A stretch of DNA of 64,000 nucleotides from Eledone cirrhosa (taxonomy: Eukaryota). Below the pieces are notes generated by a model. That model worked only from the letters and a program-made list of their open reading frames with translations, was not told the origin of the DNA and did no database searches. Position 1 is the first letter of the stretch. Each line of letters starts with the position of its first letter. The stretch covers positions 329,964,001-330,028,000 of the forward strand of contig OZ024743.1 in assembly GCA_964016885.1 (NCBI GenBank), read 5' to 3'. Position numbers and translations under genes: made by a program. Positions 46,401-59,441 of the stretch are shown in pieces.

Positions 46401-47345
46401 CAACAATAATAACCAAACATCTCAACAACAATAATATCAACAACAGCAACAATAAGAACCAAACATCTCAACAACAATAATAGCAACAACAACAACAATA
46501 ATAACCAAACATCTCAACAACAATAAAAGCAACAACAGCAACAATAATAACCAAACATCTCAACAACAATAATAGCAACAACAACAACAATAATAACCAA
46601 ACATCTCAACAACAATAAAAGCAACAACAGCAACAATAATAACCAAACATATCAACAACAATAATAGCAACAACAGCAACAATAATAACCAAACATCTCA
46701 ACAACAATAATAGCAACAACAACAACAATAATAACCAAACATCTCAACAACAATAATAGCAACAACAGCAACAATAATAACCAAACATCTCAACAACAAT
46801 AATATCAACAACAGCAACAATAAGAACCAAACATCTCAACAACAATAATATCAACAACAGCAACAATAAGAACCAAACATCTCAACAACAATAATAGCAA
46901 CAACAACAACAATAATAACGAAACATCTCAACAACAATAATATCAACAACAGCAACAATAAGAACCAAACATCTCAACAACAATAATAGCAACAACAGCA
47001 ACAATAATAACCAAACATCTCAACAACAATACAAGCAACAACAGCAACAATAATAACCAAACATCTCAACAACAATAATAGCAACAACAGCAACAATAAT
47101 AACCAAACATCTCAACAACTATAATATCAACAACAGCAACAATAAGAACCAAACATCTCAACAACAATAATATCAACAACAGCAACAATAAGAACCAAAC
47201 ATCTCAACAACAATAATAGCAACAACAGCAACAATAAGAACCAAACATCTCAACAACAATAATAGCAACAACAGCAACAATAAGAACCAAACATCTCAAC
47301 AACAATAATAGCAACAACAGCAACAATAATAAATAAACATCTCAA
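22490..47345. repeat. 46-bp satellite array, ~25 kb, roughly 540 monomers
   Basis: Consensus aagaaccaaacatctcaacaacaataatagcaacaacagcaacaat (46 nt) with recurrent variants; copy number estimated as length divided by 46. Confidence 0.98.
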
Positions 47346-47480
47346 ATAAAGAAAGTATTTGAAATATTTGTTCACATATCTAAGTACTAAGTTGTGACAC
47401 AGAAACTTTCCAATAGGAGATCCTTCGTTAGCGGGTTCGATTCACACGCGAGGCTATCAAAATTTATGTACTTCTTTAGC

Positions 47481-47627
47481 GTCCACTTATTCCTGGGAGG
47501 TTTGTGGGGGAAGAGTTCTCAAGTACTCCTTCCAGCGGATCCTGTCAGAAGCAACAATCTCCAATTGATATGGCTGAATCCCCAAGCGAGACTAGCTGAG
47601 CTCATGTGTACTATCCAACCATCTAAT
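47481..47627 (-). mobile_element. RTE-clade LINE extreme 3' fragment
   Basis: cacttattcctg...gtgggggaagagt...ttccagcggatcctgtcagaagca is homologous to 3240-3370 and 5390-5500. Confidence 0.8.
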
Positions 47628-47796
47628 GTCAAAAAACAGTCGGCAACCGTAATCTTGATTGTACCCTGAGCTGATCGATATCGAAACAATTGTAATTGTT
47701 TCTTCTTTTGGCACAAGGCCAGCAATTAACCAGTACATTACTGGAACTTGTAATATCCAAATAAAGTTTGTACATATGCTGCAACACTGACTTAGA

Positions 47797-47817
47797 CTCT
47801 CTCTCTCTCTTTCGCTC

Positions 47818-47893
<76 letters not shown>

Positions 47894-47912
47894 TATCTCT
47901 CTCTCTCTCTCT
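47797..47912. repeat. (CT)n microsatellite
   Basis: Directly visible repeat. Confidence 0.97.
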
Positions 47913-48350
47913 CTATCTAGATATAGATATAGATATAAAATAGCTCTGAGGAAGAAATTTTTCCGAGCTGTATATGATAATTGAATATAAAAGAGAGATA
48001 AACATAGACATATACATATATCTGTTCAAATCGTAAGGGACCAGGTTCCCTAAGATGAAAAAAATACTAACTATAGACAATAGGGTTTGCCAGACACAAT
48101 TTAAGAAAAAATCAAGGAAGTAAATACAAACCGGAATTGTGGTAACAACCAAACACCCAGACAGCTTTTGGCTATGATGTTTCGCAAATTAATTGTCAAG
48201 AGAACAATGTATATATGTATATATATATATGTGTGTGTATGTGTGTGTGTAAAAGGTAAACAGAAATAACAACACAATCGCTACAGTATATCGAAGGTAT
48301 ATATTAGGTTAACGCTTGATATAGCAGGATGAGGGTCTTAATATATATAT

Positions 48351-48554
48351 ATAGGAACCAGTAAGACCCCGACGGCTGAGCTCAAGCCGTTTCGACGGCT
48401 AATTCTGGACTTAGCCGTTCCAGAATTAGCCGTCGAAACGGCTTGAGCTCAGCCGTCGGGGTCTTACTGGTTCCTATTACCCACTCTACTACCCCAAGTA
48501 TTGAGTACTTTGGTGCGTTATGGTCCACCTGATTCCTTACCACATTTCCTTCGT
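48351..48554 (+). mobile_element. Penelope-like pLTR fragment with fold-back, retaining the hammerhead 3' half
   Basis: 59-bp arms 48351-48409 and 48419-48477; contains hairpin-GAAA-cggc(ttgagctca)gccg-TC|gggg; flanked by (TA)n; same family at 60371-60549 and 60821-60856. Confidence 0.65.
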
Positions 48555-48585
<31 letters not shown>

Positions 48586-48665
48586 TAAAATAAGAGATTA
48601 AAGTTTAAGCAAAGAATCACTGCTTTCACCATTAACGGGATCTTCTGAAACTTTATTATTACTAC

Positions 48666-48732
<67 letters not shown>

Positions 48733-48766
48733 TACATATATACGCATATATACATCTGAGTATGTA

Positions 48767-48811
<45 letters not shown>

Positions 48812-49174
48812 GCATACAAACATATACAGACACACAGGCATTAAACAATTGTGTCACACTTGAAATGTAGATAGGGCATTGGAGTGGTTTTATTGTTGGA
48901 ATAGTACGACTGAAAATAATATTTAAACACTCTCGGTCACAATCTACTCTCGTTTAATTAGAATATCTTACAATTTATTATCAAATTCCCACGTACAATT
49001 TTTATTTTCACAAATACCTTCAAGCAATTAGAAAAATAAACAACAAACGTGTATGTGTGTGTATTTATGTAAGTGTATGTGTATATAAGTATATACTCAT
49101 AGATGTATCAAAATGTGTATGTACGTATATATATATACATGTAAACTATGTGTATATATATACATACATACATA

Positions 49175-49229
<55 letters not shown>

Positions 49230-49251
49230 GTCAATCTATTTCTAGTTGACA

Positions 49252-49336
<85 letters not shown>

Positions 49337-49418
49337 ATATATATATATATACATGTATACTATGTGTATGTATGTATATATATACATACACACATATTAA
49401 TATATATATATATGTCTG

Positions 49419-49468
<50 letters not shown>

Positions 49469-49849
49469 TACAGATATTTATAAACTTTTATAGCCTGAAA
49501 TATTATACACTTTGATTAATTCATTACTCTGAACTAACTTAAAAGATTTGAAAGTTAACGGTCAACCGGATACGTTTGGATAGTATATATAACTAATTAA
49601 CTAAGGAAATTAACTTTTATTAATTACACCCAGTTATATTTAGGATTTAGATTGATGAATATTTCTAGATAATTCAATAATTCAAAGATTCGAGTTTACT
49701 CTATCGCATAGCTATGCCCAAATTTATAGTTATGTATAGATATATATAATTCATCCCTCCCTATAATTATTCCTCTTTGTCATATCTTACTCACTACCAT
49801 GACTGGATCTTAACCATCTACTATGTCAGGGTATGTCATGCATCATCTT

Positions 49850-49912
49850 ATTTTATCTGATGAGGACGTACTGTTGAAGTTAGCTCAGTACCTCTGAAAT
49901 ATGTAAAATATA
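49850..49912 (+). ncRNA. Decayed hammerhead motif related to the 13836 family
   Basis: attttat-CTGATGA-gg(ac)gtactg...cagtacctct-GAAA-tatg-TA-aaata; 3' strand of stem I damaged. Confidence 0.5.
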
Positions 49913-49950
49913 CTTGATCACAAGAAGTTCTATTTTTGTTAATATTTTGA

Positions 49951-49981
<31 letters not shown>

Positions 49982-50090
49982 ATGAAATAAATATGGTTTT
50001 ATAAATATAGTTTCCATTTTTTAATATCGTATATATATATATATATATGTGTATATATATATGTATATATGTATATATATGGAATTGGAA

Positions 50091-50135
<45 letters not shown>

Positions 50136-50308
50136 GAAGTTGTATTTAATTTGTTGGAATTCCGACAAACATAAATGTTTATAACTGATATAGAGCACTC
50201 AACATTTGTAAATATGATGTAAATATGATGTAGATATGATACATCAAATAAAATCGTAATTGTCAATATATTGAACAATACAATTGTTACTAAACAACGG
50301 CAAAAATC

Positions 50309-51136
50309 TATGACACTGGCTTCTGCTGCTATTCCTGTGGAAGAACATCAGAAACAGCAACAACCCATGTCTTCTGCTCCCAGTACATCTCGACACCAAC
50401 AGCCGACGACTGTGTCTTCCCCTACCATTCCCGTGGAGGAACATCATCATCATCATCAACAACAGCAACAACAACAACAGCGACAGCAGCAGCAACAACA
50501 ACAGCAACAACAATCGACCAGTACAGATTTTGCAGAATTACAACAAATGATTTCTGCTTTAAGAAGGGAAGTAATAGGAATAAAAGCAAGCATTCGGGTA
50601 GGACCCCACAATGAGGAGTCTTATCGGAATGCCTTGCTAAAGTATCTCCCTGTACCTCTTGCCGTATCTGGGTACACTGAGAAGACCACGGAATCTGCTA
50701 CCCATGAAGTAATTGCCATTGGGGTACCAGAAGACAAGGCTGATCTTCAGTCATTTGCTGCCAGCTCAGCCAAAAGACCTAGGCTGTGTTCCTCCTTGGT
50801 CGACCTCGTCCAAAACCCAGACTCATCAGGCTGTCTTTTTCGGACCCCGCTGAAGCAATTTCATATCATCCTGCCTCTGTTAAAGCTGGGCGTGAAAATC
50901 GGATTACCTTCCTAACACGCCCAGGCCTACCACCTGATGTACGTCCAAAGCTACGTGCTGCAGCTTCCTTGAATCGGAACTCAGCACAACATGAAAGTTT
51001 TAGTCTGCGTGATGATGGGCAGATCTGGAGGTTTATTAAGGCTGGTGAAACGTGGAAGAGAGATACCAGCTGGTCTGAGTGCGCTCTACCCACAATAACT
51101 GGCAATGAAAAAACTGCAACAACTCTGGGAAACTAA
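50309..51136 (+). pseudogene. LINE ORF1 (polyH/polyQ N-terminus, coiled coil, RRM-like region), frameshifted near 50790
   Basis: FAELQQMISALRREV coiled coil, VIAIGVPE, then in another frame LGRPRPKPRLIRLSF...TRPGL...LGN*, directly upstream of ORF2. Confidence 0.7.
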
Positions 51137-51186
51137 ACCAGAACAACCTGCCATCCTCTGCACACCATCATAAACTGCAAGCAGGG

Positions 51187-54100
51187 TACAAATTGTTGTC
51201 CTTAAATGCTCGCAGTTTATGCAACAAGATACATCTGTTTAACTCCTACGTCAGAAGCATCGACCCTGACTTCATCACAGTCACGGAAATATGAGCAAAT
51301 TCCTTATTCTGTGATGGGGTTTTCAGCATTACTGGGTACAACCTGTTCCGCAAGGACCGCATTAATCGCCGTGGTGGTGGTGTGATGGTCCACATTTCTT
51401 CAAAGTTTTCGGTAATTCCTTGTGTTGATTTGAACGAATCGCAAGAAGTTTTTTTCTGTGACATACGTATGACCATGTCGACACTTCTGCTTGGTGTTGT
51501 TTATCGCCCCCACAAACTACCATCAGGACAAACAGCTTTTCGATATCTTCAGAGCTGCTGCCAGGAAAACAGCCACTTATGTGTTTTTTGCAGGTGACTT
51601 CAATTATCCTGAGATCGATTGGGAAACCATTCGTTGGCCACAACGTGCAAACGATTTCCTTGAACTAGTGCTGGACTCAAACTGGTCACAAGTAGTCACC
51701 TCTCCAACAAGCGGTGACAACACTTTGGATCTGCTCTTCACCACTACTCCTGAAGTGGTTATCAGTTGTACTACTGAGGAACCTCTAGGCAACTCTGATC
51801 ATGCTATGCTCCTTGCCAATCTGGCTCTTGCGGGCAGCCACAAAGACCAGAACCATCTCCAATCTGCTTGCTTTGATTGGAAGAAAGCAGATTGGAACTT
51901 GTACTGCACTGAGCTACAGGGTCCAAACTGAAATGAGTTCTATAACTCTGGAGATGTGAACACTATACTCTAGAGCATCCTGGACTCAATATGGATAGCG
52001 TGTGCAGATTCAGTGCCACGTAAGCAAAAAAAAAACACCCCAAAGTGCAATTTGGGAAACTTCAGCAGTCCGACTTGCCAGGAAACAACGTCGGAATGCT
52101 GAACGGGAATATAAACTGCATAAATCAGATGCCAACAGAAAAAAGCGGAATAAATCTTCCAACCATCTCAAGCAAGTGACAAAAAAGGCAGTGCTTGAAT
52201 TTGAACAGTGCATAGCAACCAATCCTGACAGTAAGGTGTTCTGGAAATATATACATTCAAAGCAGAGACCTCACTCTCCAGTTGGTCCTCTTCGCAATCC
52301 CCACTCAAGCCAGATCACTGACGATCCCAAAGAATGCGCAGAACTCATTGCTGAATGCTATGCAAGCATTTTTACTGTTGAAAACCAGAATGTACCATCT
52401 CCACCATCTCTAACATCAAATTCCATAACAACTATGGAATTTATACCTGCAATGCTGCGACGTCGCCTTAAGAATAAGCGCAACTATGCCTCCCCTGGTC
52501 TTGGTGGTTTTACATACCTGCTTCTAAAACGTGGCGGGTACTTCCTTTTGCACCAGCTTTCTTTCTTCTTTCAATACTGTCTCAAAAATGGTGCTACTCC
52601 GGAGCAGTGGAAGACTGCCAGTGTCATTCCCCTGTTCAAAAAGGGCGACCGCACGTCACCTGTCAACTATCGTCCAGTCAGTCTTACTAGCTGTATTGCC
52701 AAACTGATGGAATCCTGTGTCAGAGAAACAATTTGGAACTTCTGGAGCTCTCACAGCCTCATCTGGCCCTCGTAATTTGGATTTATCCCTAACTCCAGCT
52801 GCTGTGATCAGCATATCGAGGAACCTCTAGGCAACTCTGATCATGCTATGCTCCTTGCCAATCTGGCTCTTGCGGGCAGCCACAAAGACCAGAACCATCT
52901 CCAATCTGCTTGCTTTGATTGGAAGAAAGCAGATTGGAACTTGTACTGCACTGAGCTACAGGGTCCAAACTGAAATGAGTTCTATAACTCTGGAGATGTG
53001 AACACTATACTCTAGAGCATCCTGGACTCAATATGGATAGCGTGTGCAGATTCAGTGCCACGTAAGCAAAAAAAAAACACCCCAAAGTGCTTGAAGACAT
53101 TACCCGGATCACTGACAGCGGTTCATGGGTGGATGTTGTTTACCTTGACTTCGCTAAGGCTTTTAATTCTGTGCCACACAAAAGACTTATGGCGAAACTC
53201 TCTGCAATGGGTGTGAAGGATGATCTTTTTAACTGGTTGAAATCCTTCATTCTCAGCCGAAAAAAGGTAGTCATGGTTCTAGGACAGCATTCTTCACCAT
53301 ATGAGATGTCATCTGGTGTATCACAGGGATGTGTTCTTGGTCCCCATTTGTTTGTTGCATACATTAATGACATAGATGCCAACTTAAAGAATGCTATAGT
53401 ACTGAAATATGCAGATGACATCAAGCTGTACCTTGAAATCAAAAGAACAGATCCTGAAATCTATAACTCTTTCCTACAATCAGACCTGGACACAATGCAG
53501 CAATGGATCACAGACTGGCAACTGAAGCTGGCTGTGGACAAGTGTACCACCATGCATTTTGGGTGGAAAAATCCAGCATCCACATACCCCCTCCACAACA
53601 CTGATAGCAAGACGTCCTCTTGTGAACGTGACCTGGGCATTACTATCAGCAGCGATTTGCGTTGAACAAAGCACATTCTAAAATTGTCAAGAAGACCGAG
53701 GGTGTCTTGGCATCACTCAGCAAGAACTTTGTTAGCCGCTCTCCAGCCATTTATTTAAAGCTGTATACAGCTATTGTACGAACACACTTGGAATTGCATC
53801 ATCAGTCTGGAACCCCTATCTTGCTCAGAACATTGACCTCCTGGAAACTTTTTAGAGACGTGCAACCAAGCGCATACCGTCCATCAGACACCTACCATAC
53901 TCTGAACGCCTTGCTTCCCTGGGCATGGATTCATTGAAGCTCCGACGTCTGGCAATGGACTTGGTAGACACCCACAAAGTTATTAACCATCTCGCCAACA
54001 ACAACCCTGAGCACCTTTTTGATTTCCATGTGTTTAACACACGTGGACATGCCTACACAGTCAGAAAACAGGACAGCTCCCATGACTCTCGGAAACATTT

Positions 54101-54200
54101 TTTCATGCTTAGAGTTGCTGAAGCATGGAACAAATTGCCTGCGTCAGTTGTTAGCTGCCGAGACACTGCATCCTTTAAAACCCTCATGCTTTTCCCGAAA
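51187..54200 (+). pseudogene. LINE ORF2: APE endonuclease plus reverse transcriptase, multiple stops and frameshifts
   Basis: LNARSL, ITVTE, RKDR...GGGV, GDFNYP, LDLLF, SDH; PLFKKGDR...NYRPVSLTS; YLDFAKAF, GVSQGCVLGP, KYADDIKL. Confidence 0.95.
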
Positions 54201-54662
54201 TTCGCCAAAACTACACCTGATGTGCCCATTCCATACACATCCACACATGTGTATATCATGACTCATGCACTGTTCATTTTCCTGACGTTTGTACATTACC
54301 CTATGTACTATACATACACTTTTGATGAGTTATTATTATTTTATTATTATAAACAGAAATTGAACGAAGACGGTGTTACACTGTCTTATGTAACGTAATC
54401 CATGATACATTAAAAAAAAGACGATATTATATATATACTGCATTAGGAGAAAAGTAGTGACAGAAAATTAGTATGTTTATTTAAGTGATCGCCAATCTCT
54501 CTTTTTATATATATGGTAGTTGAAGTGGTGGTGGTGGCAACGATATACCGGAAGTGCAACTTTGAAAAGAAGTCAATTTTATATTATTTATTTTTACGAA
54601 ATTATTTTTGTTTACGAAATTTAGTAGATAAATTATGTAATATTCATTCATTATTTATTCAA

Positions 54663-54850
54663 GGGCGGTGGATTGGCAGTATCGGTAGAGGGTCGGACGC
54701 CATGCTTCCCAGCATATTTACGTCCCCTTGCGGTCTGAGTTCAAATCCCGCCGAGGTTAACTTTGCCTTTCATCCTTACGGGGTCGATAAAATAAAGTAC
54801 CAGTAATGTACTGGTAATTGATGGCCTTGTGCCAAAAGTAGAAACAATTA
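54663..54850 (+). mobile_element. Full-length tRNA-derived SINE (short 3' variant)
   Basis: A-box tggcagtatcgg, B-box gagttcaaatc, core ctttcatccttacggggtcgataaaataaagtaccag, tail ggccttgtgccaaaagtagaaacaattatt. Confidence 0.92.
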
Positions 54851-55080
54851 TTTATTCAAAGTAATCCAACTTATTTTACAAACGGGATAAACAAAATAAA
54901 TAAACCGCACGCAATCCCGCACACCTTCCTTTATTATAGTTTAGATTACACTGGGAATTATGATTGTTTCTAATTTAATATTAAAATAAGATGGGGGAAA
55001 TCTAGAGATTTTCTTAAACGTGTAGTATTATATCTCGGTGAATTTTATACAGGGTGCCCCCCCCCCCATTTGTTTAACTT

Positions 55081-55230
55081 TAGAGTTACGGCCCTTTACG
55101 TTCTGAGTTCAAATAACGTCGAGGTTAGCTTTGATTTCCATCCTTACGGGTTCGATAAAATAAAGCACCAGTAATACCCTAACGTCGAAACAATCGACTT
55201 TCCCCCTCCTCTTCAAATTGCTGGCCTCGT
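55081..55230 (+). mobile_element. Truncated, diverged SINE (long 3' variant)
   Basis: gagttcaaat...gaggttagctttg...catccttacgggttcgataaaataaagcaccag...aatcgactttccccctcc. Confidence 0.85.
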
Positions 55231-55935
55231 AATCTTTTTTTGAGGAGAGGGGCGAATTGGATATGAAAAGCTGATGCGTCCTATACATTGAAGGTACGTC
55301 TATGACAAAATATATATGTATAGACGAGCCATGTATAAGTATAGCTATATTTTAACACTTCCTCGAAACATTTTATGTCAAAGTATATATTTCGAAAGAT
55401 ACGTAAGATGTATCTGTAAGGTTTCATTTCAATCAATATTCTATTTCAATTGTATTACTATTGAAAATGCAGCCATTTGCCCTTCTTATAATCACCAGTT
55501 TGTCTCAAAATGGTTTTGTTGCTTCGTTCATTCCACAGTTATTTCGTAGTCTAATAACAGCCAATTCTCGCTCAAATGATCTCAAAGTTTAACAAAATGT
55601 GTAAAAACTAACCAAGTTTAATGTTAAATGTCTTCTGGGTTTTATTTTAAGGTTGAAGAATGACGTCAATGAGAAATTTCGTTTGCCTAGGACATGTAGT
55701 TGCGGATCTTTTGCATGCCGATGCGAGTAGGTTTAAGTGTTACGACAAATTGACTCTGGTTTTAATAATTTTTGTCTTTTTTTAACATAAGACTAGAAAT
55801 GTAGAAATCGAGTTGATTTACGAACCATTCAGCAATTTGAAATATGAATGAAGTGTAGCTAACATAACTTATTATTTTAACCGAATGTTTACACAAAAGA
55901 ATATTTAACAGCCGCACAAATGTCAGCAAGATTCA

Positions 55936-56093
55936 TTAAATCACCGTACAGCCGAGTTCCTCCGTAAAATTGGAATGTCAGCAGCCCGTCTGTGGGGTGG
56001 CTGTTGCAACGGATGTTGCTGGACATTCTCCGCGGAAATGCCTTTGAAGTTTTGTCGGCGGGGCGCAGCCGATACACCATGCCGACCTGGGCG
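55936..56093 (+). mobile_element. CRE-like non-LTR retrotransposon C-terminal (restriction-like endonuclease) remnant
   Basis: TAEFLRKIG, then a frameshift, then WLLQRMLLDILRGNAFEVLSA..TWA*, resembling the QR-x5-RGNA terminal motif of CRE-clade elements. Confidence 0.65.
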
Positions 56094-57103
56094 TAAAGCC
56101 TGTCACCCTTCTCCTCCCCCTCATATCCTTCACATTTATGCTATTTATAGTCCTTTACTTTACTTTCCTATGCAACCAGATCTGCCCTTCTTTATCCTTT
56201 TAACCTTTTTATTTCATTATTTATATAATTAATAAAACTTAAATTATTTACAAAAGAAATAAGGTTATGTTATTATGCCTCCATTTCCCTCTCTATATAT
56301 CCCATTCTCTTTCTATTCGACACCATATTTCTCCCCCTCTGCATAGCATTTGGTCCTTGTCTCTTTGTATTCGTTCCCTTATTTGGCTTTCTCGCTTTCT
56401 CTTCGGCCATCTATACTTCACACATTCCATTTCATACGTCCCTTCTCCATGAGCTCTACTTCAAATTTAACGACATCTTTTATGTACCGCGAGCAATTGT
56501 AGCTTCTAAAATCAAATATGTTTCATATTGGCTTCTAGTTATTGTCATTTTCCTACTGGTGTGGTTCTTAATGCGTACAATTGATTGCATCTTCAGCTCT
56601 GGGGATGGGTATTTAAGTGCTGTTCTCTTGCTGTTACAGTGATACTTTATTGGTGAATATCTCACTGATGCTCTTCTTCATTCAGATAAGCATTTTTAGA
56701 CAAACATGATACGATTACAAAGTCGACAATTAGAGTTAGTCACTTCTAAATTTGCCAAAAGGACAATAATGAAAAAATACACGGTTAAAGAAAAAATGAC
56801 AAACAGGATATAATTTCTAAACTAAATAATGAAAACAAAATAACGAAAACATCAAACGAACCGACGACAACCATGTCATCTGAATAGAACACTATGGAGA
56901 AAAAGGTAAAAGTGATACATTTTTTTGCAAGGTTTTTGATATGAAATCGTGTGTTGAAACAAATATTGTTTGTATTTGGGGAGAGTCATATTGTTATAAT
57001 ATTACGAGAAATATATAATAAAACACACACACTGTTGGGTTGGATTGGTTCTCGCTTCCATATATTTTGTATCCCTATAGTTAATTTAGCTGGCAATCAA
57101 CGG

Positions 57104-57179
<76 letters not shown>

Positions 57180-57373
57180 ATACTTGGGGAGGGTCATATT
57201 TGTGTAATAATATTGCCAGAATTAATAACAGAACACACTCACTGTTTGGTTGGTTTTCGCTGCTGTGTCTTTTTATTGGTTAATTTAATTTATTCGGTCC
57301 TCAATGTTACCAGTGACTGACCAACGGACAAAAATACAGATAAAATATATACACAAACACATATATATAGTCT

Positions 57374-57415
57374 AACAAAGTTCTTTCGTTGCACATCTGC
57401 AACATCGTCAGTGGT
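57374..57415 (-). ncRNA. Partly decayed minimal hammerhead motif
   Basis: Minus strand: acca-CTGACGA-t-gttgca(gatg)tgcaac-GAAA-gaac-TT-tgtt; perfect 6-bp stem II, imperfect stems I and III. Confidence 0.55.
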
Positions 57416-57956
57416 GCTATTATGTTTCCTCCCGTTGCATTGTATGCCTATGCCATCTTTATTTAGTCTGTTTATTTATTTATTTATTTATTTGTTTGTT
57501 TGTTTTTTTGTCTTCTCTGCGCATGCGTTTGCGTGTGTGTATAGTGTTTTATTTGATGTGTGTTCATGTTTGGGTGACTGTGTATTGGTTATTGTATTCT
57601 ATCTAGTTTACTAGTGTGTGTTTATATGTGTTTGTTTTTATTGTGCTTGTGTATGTATTTATTTATTTATCTATTTATTTATTTATTTATACTTCTCTTA
57701 GGTCAGTGTTGTTTGTTTGGGTGTTGTTGTTATTCCATTCATTTTTTCTGTTTAGCCTTGGCCTTCTAAGTTCTATTTCACTGGCCTCTCTGATTTGCCT
57801 ATCTGCTGGGTCATTTCTATGTTTAGATATTATTCTAATTTCTATGTTGTCTATGTTACCGTCGTGTTGTTGTATATATATATAGTCAATCAGACTTCTT
57901 TCGTCCCATCCCTGTTATGGATAATACTATTATGGTAAAAAAAGACAAAAATAAGG

Positions 57957-58143
57957 GTTTCAAATTTAGCCACAAGGCCGGCGAATTTGGGGGAGAGGAA
58001 AGTCGATTAAATCAACGCCAGTGCGTGACTGGTACTTTATTTTATCGACCCCGTAATGATAAAAGGCAAAGTTCACCGCAGAGTAATTCTTTGTCACGAA
58101 GCAGGGCGTCCGACGCTCTACCGATACTGTCAATCCACCGCCC
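57957..58143 (-). mobile_element. tRNA-derived SINE with B-box region deleted
   Basis: Homologous to 19791-20005 at both ends, lacking gagttcaaatc. Confidence 0.85.
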
Positions 58144-58560
58144 TAAAGAAGACACAAATGATCAGCGTACTTCAATATATATAGCCATCTTTGGTGATCA
58201 GGGTGGCGTGAAATTTGAGGAGCAGGAAAGAGAATTCTACTCTCTCTCTCTCCCTCACTCTCTCACTCACACACACACACAAAGAGAATAGTTAGACTAT
58301 TATTCAACAGAGTCTTTCGGGTAGTAGAGTGTGATTACATTAGAAAGTGTCGAAGCTGTTGCCATTTCAACAGCTAGCTCCATATCCATATATATACATG
58401 ATGCCTGTTATGAGTATTGCAATTGCTTGTCAGATTCAGATGTGTGACGCTCGGGTGTGGCTTTTCCAGCCTGCTAGAGACTTGCACTCCTTCTCACATT
58501 GACGACAACTATGGATTTCCCTGGCTTCAGGTATTGTATCAGGTTATATATACATACATT

Positions 58561-58655
<95 letters not shown>

Positions 58656-59348
58656 CTTTATATATATATTTATATACATATATACACATGTGTGTATGCG
58701 CGGTTGCTATGGGAACTTTGCAACTGCAAGGTCATGATTAAGTCATTTCACTTTAAAATTAGCCAAGGACATTTACAGAAATAACGTTTAATCCTCTCTA
58801 TCTACTTCTCTTTCCTTATCTCTGTCTACCTCTGACAATATGTCCCTGTCTTTTTCATCATATAGTCCTTCCTCTATCTCTCACTCTCTCCATCATCTTC
58901 TCCTCTCGTCCATGTCCCACCCTGTCTGTCTGTGTGTCATGTTTTCTCATACCAATAAACTTACAAAGTAATATAACTAAATTCCCGACTAATTTCTTCA
59001 ACGTATGTCTGGTTTAATATATTTTATTCACATTACAGTGACAATAGTCATAGAGTAGTTGCAGCAATACGCTCATAATACCACAATAATATGTCTATTG
59101 CTCCAACGTTAGCCATAAATATGACGGAAAGCTGAGTCAACATCGTCAAATTAACGATTTTCACTACATTTCTTACACTCTTTGAGTTGTTAGAAAATAT
59201 GAACAAATCAACATAAAATTGGTGAGCAAGTTGGCTGGCTCTCCGGTCGTCTGTCCAACCAGACATATAGAATGGGAGAACGTAGTCATGCTGCACTCAT
59301 TCCTATGAATATATGTTACGTATATACATGTCATGTGTATTTACATCA

Positions 59349-59441
<93 letters not shown>

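Larger units (their letters stand above)
50280..54350 (+). mobile_element. CR1-clade LINE, near full length, inactivated
   Basis: ORF1 remnant, APE endonuclease, RT, and CR1-type C-terminus (TRGH...RKHFFMLRVAEAWNKLP); (TTA)-like tail near 54330-54350. The 5' boundary is approximate. Confidence 0.95.

Noticed and set aside
22490-47345. CRISPR-like array or repetitive protein gene
   Set aside because: No unique spacers, no cas genes, eukaryotic context; the 46-bp unit shifts frame and the + strand has frequent TAA/TAG.
47420-47455. ggttcgattc B-box-like motif
   Set aside because: No clear A-box or SINE body; too short to call.
54663-54750. tRNA gene
   Set aside because: A and B boxes are present, but there is no cloverleaf and the sequence continues into a repeated SINE body.
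56597-58530. Further + strand exons (~56597-56652, ~57755-57933, ~58434-58530)
   Set aside because: Splice-like signals exist, but the obvious joins create stops or need poor donors; no recognisable homology.
59048-59296. 82-aa minus-strand ORF as a receptor exon
   Set aside because: No diagnostic motif or convincing splice sites.
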